NCBI GenBank assembly: GCA_005792285.1
Contig: SXSI01000050.1
Span: forward strand, 4,297 to 68,296
DNA: 64,000 bases
From: Bacteroidota bacterium
GTDB taxonomy: Bacteria > Bacteroidota > Ignavibacteria > UBA10030 > UBA8401
Reading direction: 5' to 3'
The notes under the pieces are model-generated. The model was not told the origin of the DNA and ran no database searches. It was given only the letters and a program-made list of their open reading frames with translations. Below, in pieces: positions 50,526 through 59,738 of the stretch. The translations under genes and the position numbers were made by a program. Every line of letters starts with the position of its first letter. The first letter of the stretch is position 1.

Positions 50526-51353
50526 TTATCTTGATTTATTTTTTAAATAATCAATTACTGTATCCCTCATTATTTCTTCCGGTGGATTGAGTTTTGTAAA
50601 TAATTTGAACTGTTCAAATCCTTGTTGAAGAAACATTTCAACGCCTCGAATTACTTTTGCGCCTTTATCAATTCCATCTTTAATCAGTTTAGTTTCATAA
50701 GGGTTATAAATAATATCAAAAATAATTTGATTCGAAGAGATAAATTGTTTTGGAACAAGTGACTCATCGTTATTCATTCCAAGCGGAGTGGTGTTAATAA
50801 TAATATCAAATGATTCTACTTTAGAAATATTTGATAATTCTTGAGCATTACAACTAAATTCATTTGCTAAATTAAAAGCTCGATTTAAAGTTTTATTAAA
50901 AATTGTTACTTTAGCTTTTTTCTCTACAAGTCCAAAAACAACTCCTCTTGCTGCACCACCGGCACCTAAAACTGCAACCTTTTTATTTTCAATTGATATT
51001 AAAAATTCCAAAGGTTGAATCGCGCCTTGAACATCTGTGTTATATCCAATCAGTTTTCCATTTTCGTTTACAATAGAATTAACTGAACCAATAGTCCGAG
51101 CTTGCGAATCTAAATCGTCTAAATATTTTATTATAGAAATTTTATGTGGAATTGTACAAGCAATGCCATTTATATTTGTCTCTTTGCAAGCTTTAATCGC
51201 ATCTCCTAATTCATCGGATTTAACTTTTTGAGATAGGAAAATATAATCATCATTAAGTGATAAAAATTTAAATGCAGCATTATACATTAAAGGGGATAGT
51301 GATTGTTCAATCGGATCGCCAATTACTAGAAAAACTTTTTTATCAGATGACAT
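50526..51353 (-). CDS. aroE: shikimate dehydrogenase
   Basis: GDPIEQSLSP, TIPHK, GSVNSI, GYNTD, GAGGAAR, NTTPLG, DIIYNP, QG..QF. Confidence 0.95.
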   Translation of the reverse strand: MSSDKKVFLVIGDPIEQSLSPLMYNAAFKFLSLNDDYIFLSQKVKSDELGDAIKACKETNINGIACTIPHKISIIKYLDDLDSQARTIGSVNSIVNENGKLIGYNTDVQGAIQPLEFLISIENKKVAVLGAGGAARGVVFGLVEKKAKVTIFNKTLNRAFNLANEFSCNAQELSNISKVESFDIIINTTPLGMNNDESLVPKQFISSNQIIFDIIYNPYETKLIKDGIDKGAKVIRGVEMFLQQGFEQFKLFTKLNPPEEIMRDTVIDYLKNKSR

Positions 51354-51354
51354 A

Positions 51355-51852
51355 TTATACTTTTAAAATATTATCAATTTCAAGAACAACTTCTTCTACA
51401 GATAAATTATTTGTATCAATAATTATATCTGTATTCTTCAAATATAATTCTTGGCGGGAATTAAATAATATTAATGCTTCATTAATATTTTGAAATAATG
51501 GCCTGTTATCGGCATCTTCTAATCTTTCTTTAATTTTCAGAAAATCAGCATTTAAAAAAATTACTTTTCCATTTCCTTTATATTCACTTAAAGTATTGCC
51601 GTTTGTAACAATTCCACCTCCAGTTGATATTATACAATTATCTGAATTATGTAGTTCGATAAAAATATTCTGTTCTAACTCCCGAAAATAAATTTCACCT
51701 TTTAATTTAAAAATATCATTTATAGAATTTTGTTGAGCACGTTTTAATATCAGCTCATCTAATTCAATATGTTCAAGTTTAGTTTTATCAGAAAGTATTT
51801 TTGCAACCGACGTTTTTCCGGCACCCATAAATCCAATTAAAATAATTTTCAT
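51355..51852 (-). CDS. aroK: shikimate kinase
   Basis: GFMGAGKT, GEIYFR..E, ISTGGG, RPL. Confidence 0.95.
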   Translation of the reverse strand: MKIILIGFMGAGKTSVAKILSDKTKLEHIELDELILKRAQQNSINDIFKLKGEIYFRELEQNIFIELHNSDNCIISTGGGIVTNGNTLSEYKGNGKVIFLNADFLKIKERLEDADNRPLFQNINEALILFNSRQELYLKNTDIIIDTNNLSVEEVVLEIDNILKV

Positions 51853-53138
51853 CGAAGTTTGTATTTGATACCGAGTTTAGAAAGCGATTCCCAGAAATTT
51901 GGGAATGATTTCGAAACTACTTCAGGATTCTCAATAACTATTCCGGGAATTTTTGTACCAGCTATCGCAAATGACATTGCCATTCGGTGATCGCTATAAG
52001 TATTTATTTGTGCTCCATTTGGTTTGCCACCTTCAATTTGTATAAAATCTTTTCCAATTTTGGAAGTAATTCCCATTTTATAAAGTTCATTTTTTAATGC
52101 GAGCAATCTGTTAGTTTCTTTTATTTTTAAAGTAAAAAGTCCACTTAAAGTTGATCGACCATTTGCGAAAGCTGAAATTACAGAAAGTGTTTGAGCACTA
52201 TCTGGAAGAAGTGACAAATTTGCTTTTACAGGTTTTAATATTTTCGGTCCTTTAACTTCTACATTTTTTAATTTTGAATTAATTGTAATTATACAACCCA
52301 TCTTTCGTAAAATATTTAAAAATAAAATATCGCCTTGAACAGATTTTGGATAAATATTATTCACAGTAATTCTACTTCCTGTAATAGCAGCAATTCCCCA
52401 AAAATATGTTGCACTTGAAATATCGCTTTCAATAATAAAATTATGAGATTTGTAATGTTGTTTATTGCGAATCAAATACGAACCTTTAACTTGTTTGACT
52501 TTAACTCCAAAAAATTTCTGAGTTTGAAGAGTCATTTTCGTATATGATTTTGAAACTTCGTTCCCGATAATATTTATTTTCATTCCATTTTTAAGAAGGG
52601 GAGCAATTAACAAAAGGGAAGTTATAAATTGGCTACTAACATCACCTTTTATTTTTATTAAACCTCCCATAATATTATTTCCGGAAATTTCAAGTGGAGG
52701 AAAACCATTTTTATTTAGGTATTTAATTGAAGCTCCAATTTGCCGCAATGAATTTACCAATTCTCCGATAGGCCTCTTTCGCATTTGCTTATCGCCATCT
52801 AAAATTATTTTTCCCGGAACTAATGTGCAAAGTGAAGTTAAAAAACGCATTGCAGTTCCGGCTTTACCGATATTGAGCTTTATATTATTTTTTAAAGAAT
52901 TCCCACCATTACCATTTACAATTAAAATATTATTCTTCGAAATTATTTTTATTCCTAATTTTTTTAATGCGCTAATTAATATTTTACTGTCATCACTTTT
53001 AGAAAAATTAACTAACCTAGATTTACCTTTTGCTAACACAGAAATAATTAACGCTCGATTTGTAAAACTTTTTGAACCAGGAACATTTACGCTTCCCTTT
53101 ATTGGTTTTAAAAGAGACGAAATCTCAATTGAGCTCAT
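51849..53138 (-). CDS. aroA: EPSP synthase
   Basis: PGSKSFTNR, AGTAMRF, RPIGELV..L, SSQFITSLL, KETNRL, DHRMAM, KSFP.F. Confidence 0.97.
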   Translation of the reverse strand: MSSIEISSLLKPIKGSVNVPGSKSFTNRALIISVLAKGKSRLVNFSKSDDSKILISALKKLGIKIISKNNILIVNGNGGNSLKNNIKLNIGKAGTAMRFLTSLCTLVPGKIILDGDKQMRKRPIGELVNSLRQIGASIKYLNKNGFPPLEISGNNIMGGLIKIKGDVSSQFITSLLLIAPLLKNGMKINIIGNEVSKSYTKMTLQTQKFFGVKVKQVKGSYLIRNKQHYKSHNFIIESDISSATYFWGIAAITGSRITVNNIYPKSVQGDILFLNILRKMGCIITINSKLKNVEVKGPKILKPVKANLSLLPDSAQTLSVISAFANGRSTLSGLFTLKIKETNRLLALKNELYKMGITSKIGKDFIQIEGGKPNGAQINTYSDHRMAMSFAIAGTKIPGIVIENPEVVSKSFPNFWESLSKLGIKYKLR

Positions 53139-54211
53139 TTGCGAATATAGTCAATCGATTCTTTGATAATATTTAATGGAACTGTAACATCGTATTTAGC
53201 TTTACCAATTTCGGTAATTAAGCTAAATAATAAATTTCCATTTATATTTTTTTTGTCGAAATGCATAATTTCAAGAATCTTATCGGTTGATATATTATTT
53301 ACTTTTGAAGGAAGTCCTGAATTTACAATTGAGTTCTTTATTTTAATAAAATCCATTTCAGAAATATTTCCAAGAAGTTGAGAAATTTTACTTTCTGCAA
53401 CCATACCAATGGCAATTGCTTCTCCGTGCAATAAATGATTATCAGTTTGTAAACTGTTTGATTCAATCGCGTGACCAATTGTATGTCCAAAATTTAAAAT
53501 TTTTCGTAATCCTAATTCAAGTGGATCTTCTTCAACAACTTTAAGTTTAATATTAACTGATCCTTTAATAAGATCTGTTAATTCAGAATTAGAAAAATCT
53601 TTCGGATATTTCGAAGTTGCATTACTAAAATATATTTTATCCTGAATTAATCCGTGTTTAATAATCTCGGAAAATGAAGCAATAAATTCTCTTTCGGGCA
53701 AAGTTGATAAAGTATTAGTATCAATTAAAATTCCAATTGGTTGTTTAAAAATACCAATTCCATTTTTAATTGAATTAAAATTAATTCCTGTTTTTCCACC
53801 AAAACCGGCATCAACTTGTGCAAGAAGGGAAGTTGGAATTTGTAGAAAATCAATTCCGCGCATAAATGTACTTGCCGCAAATCCACCAATATCACAAATA
53901 ACTCCGCCGCCGATATTTATAAGTAACGAATGTCTGTCTAATCCTTTTTTAAACATCGCATTCCAAATAAATTCTGTTTGCGAAATCGTTTTATAAATTT
54001 CACCTGAAGGAATTATTATTGGCTGAATTTTATTATGTAATATATTTTCTAAAGTTGGCAACCAATATTTTACAACATTTGAATCTGTTAAAACTGCTAC
54101 TTTAGAATAATTTGAAAGTGGAAATAAATTTTCTAATTCGTTAATTATTCCATCTCCAATTATTATTGAAGAATTACCAGAAACTAATTTTGTTACATTA
54201 TTTGAGTTCAT
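53135..54211 (-). CDS. aroB: 3-dehydroquinate synthase
   Basis: GGGVICDIGGF, RGIDF.QIPTSLLAQVD..FGGKTG, EIIKHG, LNFGHTIGH, HGEAIAIG. Confidence 0.97.
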   Translation of the reverse strand: MNSNNVTKLVSGNSSIIIGDGIINELENLFPLSNYSKVAVLTDSNVVKYWLPTLENILHNKIQPIIIPSGEIYKTISQTEFIWNAMFKKGLDRHSLLINIGGGVICDIGGFAASTFMRGIDFLQIPTSLLAQVDAGFGGKTGINFNSIKNGIGIFKQPIGILIDTNTLSTLPEREFIASFSEIIKHGLIQDKIYFSNATSKYPKDFSNSELTDLIKGSVNIKLKVVEEDPLELGLRKILNFGHTIGHAIESNSLQTDNHLLHGEAIAIGMVAESKISQLLGNISEMDFIKIKNSIVNSGLPSKVNNISTDKILEIMHFDKKNINGNLLFSLITEIGKAKYDVTVPLNIIKESIDYIRK

Positions 54212-54283
54212 TTATTTTTAATGAAGTTAAGGATTAATTTTCGCAATTCAGATTATCAAATCCATCATATACAGTATTTAAGC

Positions 54284-54313
54284 AAAAAAAAACCTCCTAT
54301 AAGAGGAGGTCTT
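54284..54313 (-). terminator. intrinsic terminator (attenuator) upstream of aroB
   Basis: minus strand AAGACCTCCT-CTTAT-AGGAGGTTTTTTTTT: GC-rich stem followed by a U run. Confidence 0.85.
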
Positions 54314-54356
54314 AATAAAATTATATTGATTAAAAATTAACCAATAGCAGACCTCC
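54305..54356 (-). promoter_or_regulatory. antiterminator pairing of the aro attenuator
   Basis: leader segment GGAGGTCT (54349-54356) is the exact 8-nt complement of AGACCTCC (54305-54312), the 5' arm of the terminator. Confidence 0.8.
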
Positions 54357-54405
54357 ACAATTGAAGGGAGTAATAATAGTAAAAATAATTTTTATAAGTT
54401 TTCAT
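54337..54405 (-). CDS. Tyr-rich attenuator leader peptide MKTYKNYFYYYYSLQLWRSAIG (missing from the ORF track)
   Basis: 22 codons with 6 Tyr (4 consecutive), 1 Phe and 1 Trp, directly upstream of the terminator and the aro-tyrA operon. Confidence 0.85.
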   Translation of the reverse strand: MKTYKNYFYYYYSLQLWRSAIG

Positions 54406-54429
54406 TTAATTTGAAAATTTCGTTGTGTG

Positions 54430-54504
54430 TAGACGCTGTAAGGATCGAACTTACGACCTCCGCCTTGTAAGGGCGGCGCTCTGAACCAGCTGAGCTAAGC
54501 GTCC
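54430..54504 (-). tRNA. tRNA-Val(TAC)
   Basis: GGACGCT/AGCGTCT acceptor stem, anticodon arm CCGCC-CTTACAA-GGCGG, T-loop TTCGATC; CCA not encoded. Confidence 0.97.
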
Positions 54505-54519
54505 ATTTTTTTAAGAGTA

Positions 54520-54550
54520 CAAAATTAGTGAAATTCATTTAGTACTACAA
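54520..54550 (-). promoter_or_regulatory. FCB-type promoter for tRNA-Val (and probably the leader-aro operon)
   Basis: minus strand TTG (54548-54550), 20-bp spacer, TAATTTTG (54520-54527), about 15 nt upstream of the tRNA 5' end. Confidence 0.6.
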
Positions 54551-54557
54551 TGTAATT

Positions 54558-55979
54558 TTATTGGACAGGAACATTTTTCTTCCCGGCAATTCTTTTTAAA
54601 AGATCGAATTGAAATTTAACAAATGTGTGCAATGATTCTTCCAAAATTCTTTCTTGATCGCTATGCGCACTAAATCCTTTTGGGCCATCTTCTTCATCTA
54701 AAGCCGGACCAATTCCATAACATTGAACACCTTTTTGTCGAAGATATGCCATATCTGTTGCACCGGTACTCATTGTCGGAATTGTTAAAACATTATAAAA
54801 TTTTTCTATTGATTGTTCAATTGCACTGAATGCTTCAGAATTTAATCTCGATGGAGTTGCACCTGGTCTTGTGTCGCGATCGGAAAGTTTAACTTCAATT
54901 TGAGGATCATTAATAATTCCGCGTAAAGTTTCTAAAAATTGTGTCATATTTTCATCCGGCAAAGCTCGAACATCTAAAGTTGCAACAACTTCAGATGGAA
55001 TTACATTTATACGATATCCACCTTTAATAATATTTGGTGAAATAGAAGTTCTTAACACTGAATAATATCCTGGAATATTTTCAGCAAAATAATCTTGTGT
55101 TGATTCTAAATTTTTTCCGTCAGAAATATTTTTAAAAAGCGGCGCAATTTTTTTATCACTTACTAATGCCATTTTTTCAAAAAACATTTTTGTAGTTTCA
55201 TTTAATCTCATCGGAGTTCTCCACGAAGAAGCTTTATCAACAGCACGTGCAAGATGAAGTATTGCATTTGTTTTGAGTGGACGCGAACCGTGTCCGGCAG
55301 GACCACGGGAAATTAAATTAATTCCGTAAGGAATTTTTTCTGTAGTTTGAATTCCGGCATATCTATTTTTCCCGCCTTCTCTTGTAACTCCGCCCCCTTC
55401 AGCCAAACAAAATTCTGCATTAATTTCATCCCAATGATTCTCAACCATATATTTAATTCCATATTTAACATTTCCTTCTTCACCAGATTCGGCTAAAAAA
55501 ATTACATCGCGATCTAATTCAACTTTCATTCTTTTTAGCAAAATCATATTCATTAAACAGGAAACAACATTATCTTTATCATCGACTGTTCCTCGTCCGT
55601 AAACGTATCCATTTGATCGAGTTGCTGAAAATGGCGGGAATGTCCATTTTGCTGTATCAACATTTACAACGTCTGTATGTCCCATCATTAAGAGTGGTTG
55701 TTTTTTCCCACTTCCTTTTATTCGTGCAACTAAATTTGGTCTATTTGGATCTAATGCAAATATTTTTGATTCTATTCCTTCTTTATCAAGAACAGATTTT
55801 AAATATTCGACTACAGGTAATTCATTTCCTGGAGGATCACTTGTATCGAACCGAAGAATTGCTTGAAAGTGTGTCATCGTTTCTTCTTCAATTTTTTTCC
55901 AATCTATATTATTTTGTGAAAATAAATCTAATGGAACAATTACAAGTATAAATGTTAAAATGTATTTAATATTTTTCAT
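54558..55979 (-). CDS. exported M20/M25/M40 family metallopeptidase
   Basis: signal peptide; GHTDVV, GRGTVDDK, ESGEE, AEGG, GATD, HSDQE. Confidence 0.88.
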   Translation of the reverse strand: MKNIKYILTFILVIVPLDLFSQNNIDWKKIEEETMTHFQAILRFDTSDPPGNELPVVEYLKSVLDKEGIESKIFALDPNRPNLVARIKGSGKKQPLLMMGHTDVVNVDTAKWTFPPFSATRSNGYVYGRGTVDDKDNVVSCLMNMILLKRMKVELDRDVIFLAESGEEGNVKYGIKYMVENHWDEINAEFCLAEGGGVTREGGKNRYAGIQTTEKIPYGINLISRGPAGHGSRPLKTNAILHLARAVDKASSWRTPMRLNETTKMFFEKMALVSDKKIAPLFKNISDGKNLESTQDYFAENIPGYYSVLRTSISPNIIKGGYRINVIPSEVVATLDVRALPDENMTQFLETLRGIINDPQIEVKLSDRDTRPGATPSRLNSEAFSAIEQSIEKFYNVLTIPTMSTGATDMAYLRQKGVQCYGIGPALDEEDGPKGFSAHSDQERILEESLHTFVKFQFDLLKRIAGKKNVPVQ

Positions 55980-56052
55980 AATAATCCTTTAAATTAGTTA
56001 CACAGTTTATAATAGTTTGAAGCTAACTTATTTTTTTCAATATTCATACAAT

Positions 56053-57117
56053 ATGAAAGCATTAATCGCATCTGGAGGAAGAGGAACTCGGCTTCGTCCA
56101 ATAACTCATACGCAGAATAAGCATTTAATTGCAATAGCAAATAAACCAATTCTTCATTATGCAATTGAAGCAGCTTGTAATGCAGGAATTAAAGAAATTG
56201 GAATTGTTCACAATTCTGATAGTCAGGAAGTTCCAAATACAATTGGCGATGGAAGTCGATGGGGAGTTTCAATAACTTATATTCCACAAATAAATCCTGG
56301 TGGATTAGCGCAAGTTGTTTTACTTGCGGAAAAATTTATTGGTAATGATAATTTTATTTTTTATTTGGGAGATAATTTAGTTGTCGGCGGAGTTAAAAAA
56401 TATGTTGATGAATTTACAAAATCTAATTTCAATTGTTGGCTCACACTTTCTAAAGTAAAAGATCCACAACGATTTGGAGTTCCGGAAATTAAAGATGGTA
56501 AAATAATTTCAATTGAAGAAAAACCTATAAATCCAAAAAGTGGTTATGCAGTTGCCGGAATTTATATTTACGATAAAAATATTTTTACTGCGTGCAAAGC
56601 TTTAAAACCATCCGCTCGTGGAGAGTTGGAAATTTCTGATGCTCATCAATGGTTGATAGAAAATAATTTTGCAGTTGGATTTAGCGAAATAACAGGATGG
56701 TGGAAAGATACTGGTAAGCCGACAGATTTATTAGAAGCAAACCGACTTGTGCTTGATAATTTAATTCCTTCTAATAATGGCACAATTGAAAAAACTGCAA
56801 ATGTAGCCGGTAAAGTTATTATTGAAGAAGGTGCAATAATAAAAGATAGTGTCGTTCGTGGTCCTGTAATTATCGGAAAAAACTGTTTAATCGAAGGAAG
56901 TTACATTGGTCCATTTACAGCAATTGGAAATAATACAACTATTAAAAATAGTGAAGTTGAATACAGTATTATTTTGCGCGATTGTAAAATAATTAATGTT
57001 GGAATTCGAATTGAAGGAAGTATTTTAGGAAATGATGTTGAAGTTGTTGAAGCAAATGGAAAACCTCGCGTTCATAGATTTATGATTGGCGATCAAAGTC
57101 GTGTTGAAATTTCATAA
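56053..57117 (+). CDS. rfbA: glucose-1-phosphate thymidylyltransferase, long form (RmlA/RfbA); ATG 56053 preferred
   Basis: SGGRGTRLRPIT, YLGDN, EEKP, SARGELEISDA, WKDTGKP, C-terminal hexapeptide repeats. Confidence 0.9.
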   Translation: MKALIASGGRGTRLRPITHTQNKHLIAIANKPILHYAIEAACNAGIKEIGIVHNSDSQEVPNTIGDGSRWGVSITYIPQINPGGLAQVVLLAEKFIGNDNFIFYLGDNLVVGGVKKYVDEFTKSNFNCWLTLSKVKDPQRFGVPEIKDGKIISIEEKPINPKSGYAVAGIYIYDKNIFTACKALKPSARGELEISDAHQWLIENNFAVGFSEITGWWKDTGKPTDLLEANRLVLDNLIPSNNGTIEKTANVAGKVIIEEGAIIKDSVVRGPVIIGKNCLIEGSYIGPFTAIGNNTTIKNSEVEYSIILRDCKIINVGIRIEGSILGNDVEVVEANGKPRVHRFMIGDQSRVEIS

Positions 57118-57119
57118 TA

Positions 57120-57533
57120 ATGACACTCAAGCAATCCAAAATTATTTTTTACTTTACTTCTACTTTTTTTCTGGTTGTCTTAATTAATTGGTGGATTACA
57201 AATTATACTATTTCACTTCCGGAAGGTTACGAATCAAATCTTACGAATGCGAATGTGATTGAGATTGTAGAAAAAAAAATTACTGAACTTGGTACAGTAA
57301 TAAAGAAAAAAAGATACCGTACAATTAATTCAAAAGATAAAATAGAAGTACGAAAAGAAATAATTTTAGATGTCCCTTCGAATTTTTCAGTTCCTGATTT
57401 CTTAAAAAATTTAAATGATGCTTTTAAGGAAACAGGTGTTAAAATATCTGCAGTTGAAAATATCAAAACTAAAATGAATTCAATTCATTTTGTAAATAAC
57501 AAACGAGTAATCGCAACTTTAATTTTAGAATAA
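57120..57533 (+). CDS. hypothetical membrane-anchored protein
   Basis: 137-aa ORF with an N-terminal TM helix, tightly packed between rfbA and glyQS. Confidence 0.6.
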   Translation: MTLKQSKIIFYFTSTFFLVVLINWWITNYTISLPEGYESNLTNANVIEIVEKKITELGTVIKKKRYRTINSKDKIEVRKEIILDVPSNFSVPDFLKNLNDAFKETGVKISAVENIKTKMNSIHFVNNKRVIATLILE

Positions 57534-58883
57534 ATGGCATCTCCACAAAATAACACTCTCGAAAAAATTGTTTCTCTGGCAAAACGGCGTGGATTTGTTT
57601 TCCAATCGAGTGAAATTTATGGCGGATTAAATGGTTGTTGGGATTATGGTCCATTGGGTGTTGAAATGTTAAATAATTTGAAACAGAGTTGGTGGAAGTC
57701 AATGACCTTCAGAGAAAATATTGAAGGAGTTGATGCTTCAATTCTAATGCATCCAAAAGTTTGGGAAGCTTCTGGACACCTTGAAAAATTTGCCGATCCA
57801 ATGGTTGATTGTAAAGAATGTAAAGCTCGTTTTCGTGTTGATACAATTGAAGATGAAATGTGTGGGAATAAAGCTTATCAGGGAAGAAAAGCAATCAAAT
57901 GTCAGCAAGAAAATAATTTTACCGAGCCACGAACTTTTAATTTAATGTTCAAAACTTTTGTCGGTCCTATTGAAGATACTCCTGCAACAGTTTATCTTCG
58001 TCCCGAAACCGCACAAGGAATTTTTACGAATTTTTTAAATATTCAAAGTTCTTCAAGACAAAAAGTTCCATTTGGAATTGCACAAATTGGAAAGGCATTT
58101 CGAAATGAAATTAATACAAAAAATTTTCTGTTTCGCACAAGAGAATTTGAACAGATGGAAATGCAATTTTTTGTAAAACCTAGTGATGATGATAAATGGT
58201 TTGATTATTGGAAAGAAGAAAGATTGAATTGGTTTGTTAAACTTGGAATGGATCCAAAAAAATTACAATGGCACAAACACGAAAAGTTGGCGCATTATGC
58301 AAAAGTTGCATACGATATCGAATTTGAATTTCCATTTGGTTGGGGAGAAATTGAAGGAATTCACAACAGAACAGATTTCGATTTATCAAAACATGAAGAA
58401 TTTTCTGGAAAAAGTTTAAAATATTTTGATGATTCAACAAAAGAAAAATATACTCCATTTGTTATTGAAACATCAGCCGGTGCAAGTAGAATTTTTATGG
58501 CATTTCTTTGTGCATCGTACAATGAAGAGCTTGCTCCAACCGCAGATGGGAAAGAAGACAAAAGAGTAGTATTAAATTTACATCCAACTTTAGCTCCAAT
58601 AAAAGTTGCTGTTCTTCCACTTGTTAACAGAGATGGGATGGATGAAAAAGCAAAAAATATTTCTGCTGGACTTCAAAAAAATTATAAAACATTTTATGAT
58701 GATAGTGGCGCAGTTGGAAGAAGATATCGCAGACAGGATGAAATTGGTACTCCATTTTGTGTAACTGTTGATTCAGATACTATGAAAGATGGAACGGTGA
58801 CAATTCGAGATAGAGATACGATGAAACAAATTCGTATTTCTGCGGAAAAAATCGGTTCCTATTTATTCGATGCCGGTTTGTGA
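57534..58883 (+). CDS. glyQS: glycine--tRNA ligase (alpha2, eukaryote/archaea-like type)
   Basis: KRRGFVF.SSEIYGG, LRPETAQGIF, GKAFRNEI, FRTREFEQMEMQ, HYAK, IGRRYRRQDEIGTP-like tail. Confidence 0.97.
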   Translation: MASPQNNTLEKIVSLAKRRGFVFQSSEIYGGLNGCWDYGPLGVEMLNNLKQSWWKSMTFRENIEGVDASILMHPKVWEASGHLEKFADPMVDCKECKARFRVDTIEDEMCGNKAYQGRKAIKCQQENNFTEPRTFNLMFKTFVGPIEDTPATVYLRPETAQGIFTNFLNIQSSSRQKVPFGIAQIGKAFRNEINTKNFLFRTREFEQMEMQFFVKPSDDDKWFDYWKEERLNWFVKLGMDPKKLQWHKHEKLAHYAKVAYDIEFEFPFGWGEIEGIHNRTDFDLSKHEEFSGKSLKYFDDSTKEKYTPFVIETSAGASRIFMAFLCASYNEELAPTADGKEDKRVVLNLHPTLAPIKVAVLPLVNRDGMDEKAKNISAGLQKNYKTFYDDSGAVGRRYRRQDEIGTPFCVTVDSDTMKDGTVTIRDRDTMKQIRISAEKIGSYLFDAGL

Positions 58884-58892
58884 GGCATTACT

Positions 58893-59738
58893 CTGAATTT
58901 CCCAAAGCTTAAAATTGTAGCTTTTAGTAAAACCCTTTTATACTTAATAATTATAGTTGTTTTTTATCGCATCTCTCAATTAATAATAATTGAGAATGAA
59001 TATTTTAATAAATATGTAATATTCTTTTTGAATTATTTTTTACCATCGGTTATAGTTTTAGTTGCATCAATATTAATTTTATTGATAACTAAAAAACCAT
59101 TCAATGAACTTGGATTAAATATTTCAAAAGTTGTATTAAAGTATTCCTTAATTGGTTTCACTATTAGTTTATTTGTTGTCACATTAATATTTTTATCAGA
59201 ATATTATTTCCAACTTACTTCGAGCAAATTAAGAATATTATCGCTATCGGAGATGGTAACATTCACTTTTTTTATGGTATTTATATTTTTAAACAGTGCA
59301 TTTATTGAAGAAATGATTTTTAGAGGAATTGTTTTTCAACAACTTATTTTATCCTCAAATAAAACTATAGCAACGATAATATTTTCATTTCTATTTTCTA
59401 TTGGGCATATATTTAATCCATCAATTAGCATTTTAGCATTTGTAAATATTTTTCTAGCTGGGATATGGTTATCAATTGCAAAAATTATGTCGCGAACTTT
59501 ATGGCTTCCAATTATGCTACATTTTGGTTGGAACTTTTCATTGGCATATATATTTTCTTACGAAGTAAGTGGAAATACTTTCACAGAATTTCAATTTGGT
59601 GAATTAATAGTTACTGGTCCACGTTGGCTAACCGGTGGACATTTCGGTCCCGAAGGTGGAATTATTGGAACTATTGGAGTTTTAATCGCTACAGCTGCAA
59701 CTATTTTTATTTGTAAAAAAATTGATAAACAAACTTAA
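58893..59738 (+). CDS. CPBP (Abi/CAAX protease) family intramembrane protease; start probably CTG 58893 rather than TTG 59028
   Basis: EEMIFRG, FSIGH, H.GWN motifs; frame open from 58884 and encodes an extra TM helix; GAGG 7 nt before the CTG. Confidence 0.75.
   Translation: MNFPKLKIVAFSKTLLYLIIIVVFYRISQLIIIENEYFNKYVIFFLNYFLPSVIVLVASILILLITKKPFNELGLNISKVVLKYSLIGFTISLFVVTLIFLSEYYFQLTSSKLRILSLSEMVTFTFFMVFIFLNSAFIEEMIFRGIVFQQLILSSNKTIATIIFSFLFSIGHIFNPSISILAFVNIFLAGIWLSIAKIMSRTLWLPIMLHFGWNFSLAYIFSYEVSGNTFTEFQFGELIVTGPRWLTGGHFGPEGGIIGTIGVLIATAATIFICKKIDKQT

Noticed and set aside
54212-54430. T-box or known riboswitch upstream of aroB
   Set aside because: No T-box or aptamer consensus is visible; the leader-peptide model explains all the complementarity.
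58974-58995. Perfect 9-bp inverted repeat TCTCAATTA-ATAA-TAATTGAGA, considered as an operator or terminator
   Set aside because: It is AT-rich, has no U-tract and lies inside the probable extended CPBP coding frame; chance is sufficient.
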